Assembly: GCA_951406725.2 (NCBI GenBank)
Contig: OX597814.1
Coordinates: forward strand, 54,126,001-54,190,000
Length of the DNA stretch: 64,000 nt
Direction of reading: 5' to 3'
Origin: Octopus vulgaris
Lineage: Eukaryota
This document shows, piece by piece, positions 27,073 to 37,792 of the stretch (the stretch's first letter is position 1; each line of letters starts with the position of its first letter). The position numbers and the translations under genes are program-made. The notes under the pieces were generated by a model, which was not told the DNA's origin, searched no databases, and worked only from the letters and a program-made list of their open reading frames with translations.

Positions 27073-27784
27073 GCTATGATCAACCAGGGCGTTCTATTCG
27101 TGAACATCCAGCCTTTTCTAAGGTATGATATTTATCTAGAACTATATCATTCAATGCGTCCTTTTTAAGATGGTAGGGTGTGATTTGAAGAAAAGTTAGC
27201 TACTATTTTTAACAAGTCGAACAATTATATTCACATCAGAGGGCCAACTATTGGATGGTGCGACCATGCAGATATCTCTTCGTTTGTTCGACGATGTGAC
27301 CTCTAGGTTTTGTCACAGTGTACACTAGTCACAGACAACTTGTGGCCCGCAAGACTTTCTGATGAAAAATTACCTTGGATTTTTTAGTAGTGCGACCCGC
27401 TAGATAATGAACCATGTCTCATGCAGCCTGCTTCTTCAAAAAATTGTCGCCAATGCCTCAGGTATACACTGTGCTACCGTACGGAACCTCCTCCTACTAC
27501 AAAATTATCTTTGTCCCCGAGGGGGTAATTATTAGATATAGAAACAGATTACGCTTAAATTATATCATGATACGGCAAGAACAGAGGCAAATGAATTTCC
27601 ACGAATACAAACAACTTGGAACGATGCTCATCCTTCTGTCCTCATTTTTGCCCCTCTCCCATTATCCTGCTATCCACTCAGTATCGTATCATAAATACAA
27701 TTTACAGTGTTATCTCAGAACTGTCAACACATAACAGGGGGCAGGAAATAAGGTTCTCGTTATGATTCATAATTTAGTGAGTTT

Positions 27785-27985
27785 AGGAGGCGAGCCAGCA
27801 GAATCGTTAGCACTTAGCGGCATCTCTTCAAGGCTTTACGTTCTGAGTTCAAATTCCGCCAAGGTTGACTCTGCTTTTCATTCTTTCGGGGTCAATAAAA
27901 TAAATACCAGTTGAGCACTGGAGTCGATGTAATCGACGAGCCTCTTCACCCAAAATTTCAAGCCTCGTACCTTTAGCAGAAAAGA
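27785..27985 (+). mobile_element. Family-A SINE
   Basis: GGAGGCGAGCCAGCAGAATCGTTAGC head and central domain. Confidence 0.85.
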
Positions 27986-27997
27986 TTATTATTATTA

Positions 27998-28127
27998 GGT
28001 ATGATATATGTAGGATTTTATATCCTGCATACGCACATCTTTTACTTTTTGAAAGGAGAGGGTATGATATATTTAGGATTTTATATCCTGGATACGCACA
28101 CCTCCTTTTCCTTTTTGAAAGGAAAGG
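27998..28127. repeat. ~63-bp tandem duplication
   Basis: GGTATGATATAT.TAGGATTTTATATCCTG.ATACGCACA...TTTTTGAAAGGA occurs twice. Confidence 0.85.
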
Positions 28128-28501
28128 GTTTGATCTGAAGGAGACTGGGCCCAGCAATGTCAAGCAAGCACGTAGTGGAGGTTTGTAGTTGTTTATCGCA
28201 GGATTAACCCTAATCGAGCGTTCACAGGTGATCTAACCGTGGCCGTCCAGTCTATTTTTCTCTAAATATAGTGCAGCTAGGTCTACTCTATCGAATGTAC
28301 CACTTTTTATTAAAGACGGTTGTGAAGAATATTTGGCTGCTGTTTCTTGTGGGTTGAGCGTTCACGTAATGACTCGTCCGCTGATTCATAGCAAAATAAT
28401 TATTTTGGATTTATCCCAGACCAGTGTATGGAGCTGATGAGGTAATTGCGTATTTGGTGTATATGTACTTTCTGTATTCGCTTGAACTGAGTGTGAGGGA
28501 T

Positions 28502-28570
28502 AGTGTGCTCTTAGACTGGGGTTCTCTTGGCTATTGTACATCCAAGAGAACCCCATTCTAAGAACACACT
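28502..28570. other. 29-bp hairpin with 11-nt loop (pre-miRNA-sized)
   Basis: AGTGTGCTCTTAGACTGGGGTTCTCTTGG / CCAAGAGAACCCCATTCTAAGAACACACT, 2 mismatches. Confidence 0.85.
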
Positions 28571-28699
28571 GTTTTGATATGGTTGCATCTATAGTGATAG
28601 GGACAGTCTGGGTTGAAGCTTGCTGTGGTAACTAACTGTACCTTTCGCATATCCAAATGACCTCTCGTTTTAAGCATATATGTTTCGTCGCGTAGAAAT

Positions 28700-29440
28700 A
28701 GGGAACCCAAACACGAATGGCACAGTATTTCTTAAACATGTTTGAAAGTGCTACGAACGTAGGAGGTCTTGATATTAGAAATTACATCATGACCCGTAGA
28801 TTAGAATAAAGATTTGGCGTTTGTTGATAAACTACTTCGACAGGAATACAGGTCTCCAGAGTGTCAAGATTTTGGGTGTGATCTAGAACATTATTAAACA
28901 CCAACAGTACCTTAAGTTCTACGTGATATCTTTTCACTGCTGGATTACATTACGAAACAAGCGACTGTGTAAAAATTTCAATCACCCAAGCTTTCTTATT
29001 TGTTTCAAATCACAGGTTGATATATTTTCAATATTCCCTTCCTTTGTTTTGATGCCGCTGAATGACAAACAAACATTGACTTCAATTTGAGGTCTTTTGT
29101 AAGTATTACCAGTGAGAAGATGTGTTACATGGTCGTTTCCAGCCTTAAAGCCAGAAACAGTTTTTCTTGTCGGGTTGACATTCTTGTTCAAAAGAGCTAT
29201 TTTTTCTGTATGGAATATACGTAGGGGAGGATAGTTACTACGCTCGATAATACACTTAAGAACTGGGATAAATTCCTAGGCTGTCTGCAATTGTAGTTGT
29301 GCTGCACCTACGGATACCGTCATTTGGGTCTATTTACTAAAGTAAAAGCACTCAACCAGCTGTGAATGCTCAATATTCGTCGACACTTCATATGAACTTT
29401 TGGCACTTAGGAGAAGCAGGCCGTTATCCTCTCATGGCGA
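28700..29440 (-). mobile_element. Tigger/pogo transposase remnant (DDE_1)
   Basis: Degenerate motifs EFIPVLKCIIERSNYPPLRIF, KTVSGFKAGNDHVTHLLTGN, TNKKAWV, KVLLVFNNVLDH, PVEVVY, DVISNIK. Confidence 0.8.
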
Positions 29441-29664
29441 AGAAAAACTTGTTTAAACAATTTGTAGTTATGTAGGAGTATGTACGAGTGTGAACCGTAG
29501 TTTCTAACAATTTAGCATGCAATCATGATAATGTAATGCTGTCCTTAAAGAGCACTGTAGCGAGTCAGTACTAAACTGGGCAAGCGTTAAGCTAGCTATT
29601 ACTGGAAAATATCGTTTGTTTACAAGTGTTGTTTCTTTCTGATGACCGACTGTGGCTCATGTGG

Positions 29665-29698
29665 TAGTGGTGGTGGTGGTGGTGTGCGTGTGTGTGTA

Positions 29699-29750
<52 letters not shown>
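29665..29750. repeat. (GGT)n-(GT)n-(GA)n microsatellite
   Basis: Seen directly. Confidence 0.9.
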
Positions 29751-29752
<2 letters not shown>

Positions 29753-30686
29753 TATGTGCATCGTTTAACTGTCTTGATAATCTTGTTCAAAGTGTACTAT
29801 GAATAGGGTAAAGATAGTGTATGTAATTCTTAGTATTTTTGTCTGTAGTGTGAGTTTGATATAATTTACGAGCGTGATCGCTGTTGTATCTCTAGTATTA
29901 CTGATAAGAAAGGAGAAGGTAGGTTGGGTTGATGCTACTTCGAGTCTGTAGTTTTTTAGAACTAGTTTTTTCTTTGATTGATTTAAATGTGGATTGGTTA
30001 TGCAGCTGTAGCGTCATAGTTGAATTAATAATAACCATAAGGTGGTTGAAACATTGCAATGATAGTGGCAAGATTCAAGCCATCCCAACCTCACATTTGA
30101 TTATCTGATATTTCCAACTACACGGCTATTTGTGCACTTACACCAGTAAATAACACTTGCAATTTCAAAACAACTTCCTTATCAATTTAAACTGATATTT
30201 TTGCACAGAAACAAAGCGCAGGGAACTGAGAGCAGAAGGATTAAGGTTATAATGGCGGCTACAGGTTTTTCAAACGTGCTATACTATAATGAAAGCTTCT
30301 TTTTAATTAGTTAGGAGTATGTAACTTTTACTAAAAGAAAGCTATCACTAAAGTCTACACCGTTTAGAAAATTCTTTAAAATTCTAACTTTAATATATAT
30401 ATTTTTATCAGTAATGTGGTTTTCAAATTTCTTTCGACTACAGAAAACTAATTTTAGTTGACATTGAGATAACGTTCCCTCTTTGTCTTTTCTCTCTCTC
30501 TCCTACACTTCACTGTGTTACTTTCTACAGACATATCAGTAAAAACATTTCTCCAAATTTTAAGTTTAATCCAACATCAAAGTTATGTTGATTTCAGTAT
30601 CCTTTCATATTTGTTGGGTGTTTTTGAAGTAATAGAAAACTGAAGAAGAAAAGTGGTTTAGTTTTCTTCCGTTAATTTATATAAAA

Positions 30687-31202
30687 CTAGCAGTATCGCC
30701 CGGCGTTGCTCGGGTTTGTAAGGGAAATAACTATATAAGCATTTTTAGAGAGTTACTTCCTTTATAGATGCCAATTCGAGCTTTCTTAGCCATTTTTGTT
30801 TTGGTGTCTTCAAGCCATGAAGTCGTTGTTCTAAAAGAACGCTGGTCTCCTTGACAACGCATTACGACGTTGATTTCCTTAAACTCCCTTCCCCACAGCT
30901 TCACGAGGGAGGGAAGAAGGGGAGAAGCAAACACAGGTGCAGGTGTTTGAGCGTGGACGCCAACTCCGCCGCCATCGACACACGAAAAATTATGCATTAA
31001 AATGGAATAAAAAATGATGTTAAATTATTTTTAAAATCGTAGACTCATCGTAGACGCGCGCTAATAGCCAGACGGGCTCGATATTAATCACGACTATAAG
31101 ATACCCGAATTTGGTTAAACTGCACCGCAAAATGTGGGAGGAGTTAGGAATCTAAATCGTAGGAGACAGACACTCACACAACTACAGTTTTATATATATA
31201 GA
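30687..31202 (-). mobile_element. Non-autonomous Helitron (second copy)
   Basis: Same termini (TC...hairpin-CTAG, inserted between A and T) and internal sequence as 22471-22981. Confidence 0.85.
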
Positions 31203-31914
31203 TATAAACTTGTCTAATTTTCTTTCAAGTAAAGTATTCCTTTGCTGAGATTTCCACTGAATAATAAACAATGTGAATTGGCTAGACTTTTGACCCGGAA
31301 ACAGTTTCGAACTCACCTCAACTTCTATATTTACTCTAAAGTGATCTCAAAGCTAATCAAAGGGAATTGATATAATGCGGATAAACGAGACTGACATTTA
31401 CGATCTAGTTTCGAATTCCAAAGTGCAACGACTTCCCATTTAGAAGAACACGTCATTGAGAAAAACAGGATCTCACAACGTCTTGTTTACATTCTTTTAA
31501 AGAAATCTTATTTTACGAAGCATAGAAAACAGAACATTCGATTCTCTTGCAAAACATTCACCAGTTTTGTTTAAGAGGAAATGAAGTCAAGTAAGTGCCA
31601 GCAATCTTCATTTTGATACAGCTTGTTCTTTTTTTTCAGAGGTTATTTGTGTCAACTTGCGAAGTGCTTCAAGATTCTGAAACCTGGTAAATTAATTTAA
31701 CAAAAGATCCTGTAATTATTTTGATCAGGAGTTTTTCGTAAACCAACACAACGATTCCGTTTCGAACCTCAGTTAAAGTCTGTTCCCATACGCCTGTAAT
31801 TCTCATAAGAAAGGTGTTATATGTAATCACTATTATATTTTATTCATCTCCATAAACCTTATACCTCAGAGTACCGGTAATGTATTAGGATCGATTCAAT
31901 CGAACACAAATTTG

Positions 31915-32205
31915 TAGTTGCGCCAAAGTCTGGGGCGTCGGACAAAACGCCTTGCAGCATTTGTTCCGGTTCTTTACGCTCTGAGCTCAAATCCTGCCGA
32001 GATCAACTTTGCTTTTCATCAGCATGAAGTCAATGAAATAAAGTACTGGGATCGACATAATCAACTCATCTCTAAATTTGTGGCCTTGTACCTATGGCTT
32101 TTTTTTTTTTACTAAACGAGTACTAAGCTCGATTCATTCGACTAAAAACAAAACCCTTCAAGACGGTGCCCCAGCATGGTCGCAGTCCAGTGACTGAAAC
32201 AAGAA
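31915..32205 (+). mobile_element. Family-A SINE followed by a family-B tail
   Basis: Family motifs. Confidence 0.7.
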
Positions 32206-32329
32206 ACAGTTTAACAATAAAACATTATTCAACATTCAGTGGAATATCAGAAATAGAAGAGCATTTTATGTTCTCTTTACATTCAGAATTCATATCCAAC
32301 TGCGATTGACTTAGACATTAAATACTATT

Positions 32330-32720
32330 GTAGTGATCCTATAACGGTGCGCGCTCGCGCACCGTCCATTTGTATTTCGCGCGTGTTGGTGCCTTTACCA
32401 AGGCACAGAAAGGAAGGGCCCTCTCGCGCATGCGCGAACCACCGGAAGCACGACCCTAGCGAGGCAAGGGGGTCGTAGAACGTTTGACCACTAGCAGCAG
32501 TCATCGGGGACTTGGGACCCAGCGATTGAAGGCGGCGGTCACGATATATTTTCTCTCCGGTTGATAGCAGCAGTCGGCCGAATGCCTTTAACCAAATTGT
32601 TGCCGACCACATTCAACTTCCCTGTTCGACGCCATCTTGACCCCTTTCTGGTTTAGCGGCTGGATATTGTAAATATTACAATCGATTAACTTTCAGCCTT
32701 GCGCGCCCCGAACCAAGGAG
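32330..32720. promoter_or_regulatory. CpG-rich housekeeping-type core promoter
   Basis: Sharp local GC/CpG rise; E2F-like TTTCGCGCG (32375), NRF1-like TCGCGCATGCGCGA (32424-32437), ETS CCGGAAG (32442-32448), YY1 CGCCATCTTG (32630-32639). Confidence 0.8.
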
Positions 32721-32843
32721 ATCAGATAACACACTTATTGTTATTGTTACCAAGAAAGAGAATAAAGTAGTATATATATATTTTACGTTTGCGTCTTGTT
32801 GTTTCTGACGGGCAGAGATTCTGGATTATTAAAGCAACGGCTA
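32480..32843 (+). other. Candidate non-coding first exon of a + strand gene (start approximate)
   Basis: Lies downstream of the promoter motifs and ends at donor GCTA|GTGAGT (GT at 32844). Confidence 0.55.
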
Positions 32844-33299
32844 GTGAGTGATTGCTTTCTTGTACCCCGAAAGTACAAGATCAGATATTCACATCACCCA
32901 CGCTAAGTTCGTTTCACTATTAACGAAATGGAGTCGGTTCAATCAAATATACTCCGTGTTATATGGTATATGCCAGCTGTGTGACCAACTGGTTGCTTTA
33001 ATGGCGGGGAATTCCATTAGAGAAGTTTTAATCGATTTTCTCGGTAACTATCGGAGCTGGAGAAAAATACAAAGCGCATTCCAATCTATGCACCCGTCCC
33101 CACATGTGTGCCATTTTTCGCGCGAATCCACCCAGCCGTTTGGCTGTGAACCTCAAGACAAGAAAGAATACAATGATCGCCCACGTCCAATTTATATCAT
33201 AGAATATCCTTCCGGTTGTTACTGTTAGTTTACTGAAGTCAATTCGATCAACTCATAAATAAGGAAAACATCACAATACGTGTGTGCGCGCGCGCATGT

Positions 33300-33410
33300 A
33301 AGGCGTGAGTTTGTAGTAAGAAGTGTGCTTCTCAACTACAAGGTTCCAGGTTCAGTCCCACTACGCGACACTTTGAACAAGTATCTTCTAGTATAGCCCC
33401 GTTCAAATAC
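33300..33410 (+). mobile_element. Family-B SINE head fragment
   Basis: GGTTCAGTCCCACTACGCGACACTTTGAACAAGTATCTTCTAGTATAGCC. Confidence 0.7.
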
Positions 33411-34064
33411 AAGTGGCATTTTCCTTGTTTCTGCTTGTCTCTGTCTCTCTTGTTTACTCTTGTGGGTTCGAGGTCGTTCTGAATTCTTGGTAGGGAAGAA
33501 GAAGAAGAATGTGGGAGTGCCATGACAGTTGGTCAGCTGCCCCGAAAATGACCCTGACCCGCTGTGGATAATAGCAGTAAATGTTCAGTTCATGAAACAT
33601 CTCTTTTGAATGTTTTGTTTATAAAATTTGCGTAGGTGTTAAAGTTAGGAAGGAGAAGGAAGGAGACAAAGAAAAAGAAGAGGAAGAAAGAGAAGGGAGA
33701 ATAAGAAGGAATGTAGGTAGTGTGAAAGTAGTACGGTGTTAAATGTTCAAATGACTTAAAATTGGCACATTATGGACTATAGCAGTGATTGGGACTTATT
33801 TTTAATTAATTCTTGGGAATCTCTTGAGTGTATCATTTATAATATTTGCGTGTGTATTTGTGTTATTCTAAGGCCGTGGTAGATATGTGGTTTATCGTAG
33901 ACGCGTTCAAAAGGGGGTCTGTATTTTGTAATAAAGAGAGTCTCTTTAATAATTCGTTGGCTCCAGGTTGTATCGTCCCTGAATTAGTAGAGGGGGAGAA
34001 TTCAGAAGCTTGGATTTTTGTTATTGGCGCAAATGTCTATGTGTTGGCTGTTTTGGGGGAATTT

Positions 34065-34103
<39 letters not shown>

Positions 34104-35099
34104 ATATTGTTGTTGCTGTTGGCATCCTTTTTGTCTCGGGAGACAATGGAGTTGCGCATAAAATAGTCCAGTCCGGCTTTTACATTTCATGTCCTGATAC
34201 ATTTCCTGCTGTGGCTGTGTAGTCCTAAAGTAATTTTCCAATCCCAGTTGCGATCACTTCGCTTCACATATGTTCCTAAAATTCTTCGAAAATGTGGGAC
34301 GTTGCTCGATTATATGTCATGACAGCACTAATGCACGCACAACTAAACACATGTCGGTCGTAAGAAATTATACGATCAGCCATTACATGAAAGAATTAAA
34401 ACTACAGATCAGTTGAAAACCTTAAGTAAATCGAGCAGTTGAGAGAAACACTTATGTACTTGACGGGTTTGCTAAGTAACGCAGCTAAGTGTCCTTCAAA
34501 TCCTATGACATACTTAAGAAAAGAAATGGATAAATGTAATCTTAGATATACTATATCAAATTAACATATGGGATGATCACAAATGGAACACCCTTGACCA
34601 CAGATGGGCCTGCCCAAATCAGAGGTGACTAAATAAAGGCAACCACGAGAATGACCATTTATCATCATCCGGTTTGACACCACAATTTGGTCATTAGATG
34701 GCCTTAGCAAGCATTCGGAATAATTATCTGGTTTGATGATACTTTATTATTTCCATCCCACACATCACAGATGCTGTATAAAGGGTCAAAAGCATTGCCC
34801 TTCCTACCTAGGGGATGAAACAAGAAAACAAAACATTTCCTACTGCTTCGCAAATTAAGTCGCCAAGTATTTCCAATGACAAGTCACAGAAGGATTGTCA
34901 AAGAAGAAAAATTTGCGTTATTTGTCACAAACATCTTTCGTCAAAATTATTAAACAATGAATAATGTCCTGCCACACCTGGATCGGAATTCGAGGACATG
35001 GCTGTAATTTCTTAAAGATTTCAAGTAAACAGGTTGCAACACTGTGATTACTGTCTTTACAAGTGTAACCGGAATTTCAGAAAGGGGAGGGTTTACTAT

Positions 35100-35323
35100 T
35101 TTTACTCTTTTATTTGTTTCAGTCATTTGACTGCGGCCATGCTGGAGCACCGCCTTTAATCGAGCAACTCGACCCCAGAACTTATTCTTTTGTAAGCCCA
35201 GTACTTATTCTATCGGTCTCTTTTGCCGAACCGCTAAGTAACGGGGACATAAACACACCAGCATCGGTTGTCAAGCAATGCTAGGGGGACAAACACAGAC
35301 ACACAAACACGCATATATATATA

Positions 35324-35387
<64 letters not shown>

Positions 35388-35548
35388 TACGACGGGCTTC
35401 TTTAAGTTTCCATCTACCAAATCCACTCACAAGGCTTTGGTCGGCACGAGGCTATAGTAGAAGACACTTGCCCAAGGTGCCACGGAGTGGAACTGAACCC
35501 GGAACCATGTGGTTGGTAAACAAGCTACTTACCACACAGCCACTCCTT
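35100..35548 (-). mobile_element. Young family-B SINE
   Basis: Near-exact reverse complement of 39517-39943, with a long (TA)n insert. Confidence 0.92.
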
Positions 35549-36210
35549 GATGATTTGTCAATAATATTAATAACACACACACACACATAGCAGATATATG
35601 ATAAAAGGTCAGTATTTTTAAAGAGTAGCATATCTAAAGCTACATTATCCCCCAATGTATCTTTTCTTCTTAAATATAATTTGGTGAAATATAGGTTGAG
35701 CAGTAATGTAGAGGCTTCTTCGTTGGCTCGTGTAATAGTTAGCACGAAGTCAACAATGTGTTGAAGTATTGAATCAAAAGGATCTAACCATTTTAATTCA
35801 ATCTCTTATCGCCACATAAACTTAACTTTTTAATGGGGAGATAACCCAACTTTTAATGGCAATTTTTTTAATGGGAGTGAGATAACCAAAAAGTACTATG
35901 TATTAATTTTCTTTTCATCCACCCATGGTTCTCCTGGGTTATCTGTTGTATATACCACTACTACATACTCGTCTATCTGTCTATCAATCAATCAGGACCA
36001 GAAAACAGTTCAGACTCAATCAAATTCCTGGCCCTCTGGAAAGTTCAAGTAAGGTCCCAAATTACTATATTACTTACTCCTTTATGATGGTGACGCTGTA
36101 TACGCATGCTCAAACATTTTAAGCAATCCCAAAATGAAGATCATCCGTCTGTCTGACACCAGTACATGTGCACACATTTGTCTGTCTATCCGTCTATATA
36201 TCTATCTATC

Positions 36211-36412
36211 TACAGAATGCGTCAGAAACACATACCGTATTCTACGTGCCCGTAAGGGTGGCGTTGGTGAAATTAGCCAGATAGTAACAGTGTTTTCATG
36301 TAACTAATGCTTTACCGTGTTTTCCATTTCAGTTATTGTCATATTTTGGGCTGGTGTACGCCGTGCGTTTGCTGTAAAAACGTTCATCAAGAATGGTGAG
36401 TCTGTGATTGCG
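36211..36412 (+). mobile_element. 5' end of a Tc1/mariner-superfamily transposon (DUF4817-type N-terminus)
   Basis: TA|CAG start; 36341-36412 reads (I)FWAGVRRAFAVKTFIKNGESVIA, cf. M.WT.EHRAFAVE.FFKNGESVIA. Confidence 0.7.
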
Positions 36413-36734
36413 AGTTGACTTAAGTGGTGAGGAGTGTACAACTAGCTCGTTCAAGAAAACGTTTTAGAAAAGGCAAGGAGAGAGAGAGAGAGAAACAGTG
36501 TTTTCTTGAGAAGTGAATCTTTGCTAATCAGACGGATAATCTTCATTTTGGGATTGCTTAAAATGTTTGCGCATGCGTATACAGCGTCACCATCATAGAG
36601 GAGTAAGTAATATAGTAATTTGGGACCTTACTTGAGCTTTCCAGAGGGCCAGGAATTTGATTGGGTCTGAACTGTTTTCTGGTCCTGATTGATTGACAAA
36701 CAGATAGACGAGTATGTGTGTATGTAGTAGTGGT

Positions 36735-36961
36735 GAGCTGGCAGAAACGTTAGCACGCCGGGCGAAATGCTTAGCGGTATTTCGTCTGCGTTACGTTGTG
36801 AGTTCGAATTCTGCCGATGTCGACTTTGCCTTTCACCCTTTCGGGGTCGATAAATTAAGTACCAGTTACGCACTGGGGTCGATGTAATCGACTTAATACC
36901 TATGCCTGTTCTTGTTTGTCCCCTCTGTGTTTAGCCCCTTGTGGGTAATAAAGAAATAGGT
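36735..36961 (+). mobile_element. Young family-A SINE, TTTAGCCCCTTGTGGGTA..AAAGAAATAGGT tail subfamily
   Basis: Intact head and central domain; absent from the left arm of the inverted repeat. Confidence 0.92.
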
Positions 36962-37017
36962 ATATACAATAGATAACCCAGGAGAACCATGGGTGATTGT
37001 AAAGAAAATGAATAGAT

Positions 37018-37397
37018 GGTACTTTTTGGTTATCTCACCCCCATTAAAAATTGGGTTATCTCCCCATTAAAAAGTTGAGTTTATGTGGCGATAAGAGATT
37101 GGATTAAAAGGGTTAGATCCTTTTGATTCAATACTTCAACACATTGTTGACTTTTGGCCAACTCAGCCTTCCATTATAGATGTTTAATTTTTTCAGTTTT
37201 ATCGTTTATTAATTCTTTCAGTTTTGTATGATTTGTAATAAAAATATTATCAGATTCAATAAGGTGTTTAATCTTTTCACTTTCCATGTTTAGTAATTTT
37301 TCTTTTTTTTTTTTGTTTTATTGAGGGTTAAACAATATTTTTTTAGTTGGGGAAGATAAACCAATTTTTTAATGGGGTAAGATAGCCAAAAAGTACC
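37018..37397. mobile_element. MITE with ~40-bp TIRs (Merlin-like)
   Basis: GGTACTTTTTGGTTATCTCACCCCCATTAAAAA / TTTTTTAATGGGGTAAGATAGCCAAAAAGTACC; 8-bp flanks GAATAGAT / GAATCGAT. Confidence 0.75.
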
Positions 37398-37464
37398 GAA
37401 TCGATTTACAGATATGTGACATTTTTTAATCTATATGTTTATCAGAATTCTATTTATATCTTTT

Positions 37465-37690
37465 ATCATTTACTTGTTTCAGTCAGACTGCAGCCATGCG
37501 GGGCGGGAAGGGGGGGGGGGGGGCACCGCCTTCAAGAATTTTTAGTCGAATGAATTGACCCCAGTACTTATTTTTATTTTAAGCCGTTGACTTATTCCAT
37601 CGGTCTTTTTGCCGAAGCGCTAAGTTACGGGGACGTAAACGCACCGACACTGGTTGTCAAGTGGTGGTGGGGAACAGGCACAAACACACA
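37465..37690 (-). mobile_element. Family-B SINE, 3' half
   Basis: tttacttgtttcagtca...ggttgtcaag. Confidence 0.8.
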
Positions 37691-37792
37691 CACATATAAC
37701 ATATATATGTAGGTGGGGTCCAGTTAGAATTTTCTTCGGGTCGAGTAGCCCATCCCGCTCAAAAGGTCCCTGAATAAGGGTGGTCTAAGGAA

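Larger units (their letters stand above)
35747..37153. repeat. ~405-bp inverted duplication (arms 35747-36151 and 36529-37153)
   Basis: Arms are reverse complementary along their length; the right arm is interrupted by the SINE at 36735-36961. Confidence 0.92.

Noticed and set aside
28434-28480. CTGATGA core
   Set aside because: No downstream GAAAC or closing stems.
31640-31686. 47-nt exon-like unit (ttttttcag|...CCTG|GTAAAT) upstream of the promoter
   Set aside because: No supported upstream first exon; may be chance splice-like sites.
32325-32612. 95-aa minus-strand ORF, and the ATGGCG within the YY1 motif
   Set aside because: No recognisable protein; explained by high GC. The ATGGCG frame closes after 15 codons.
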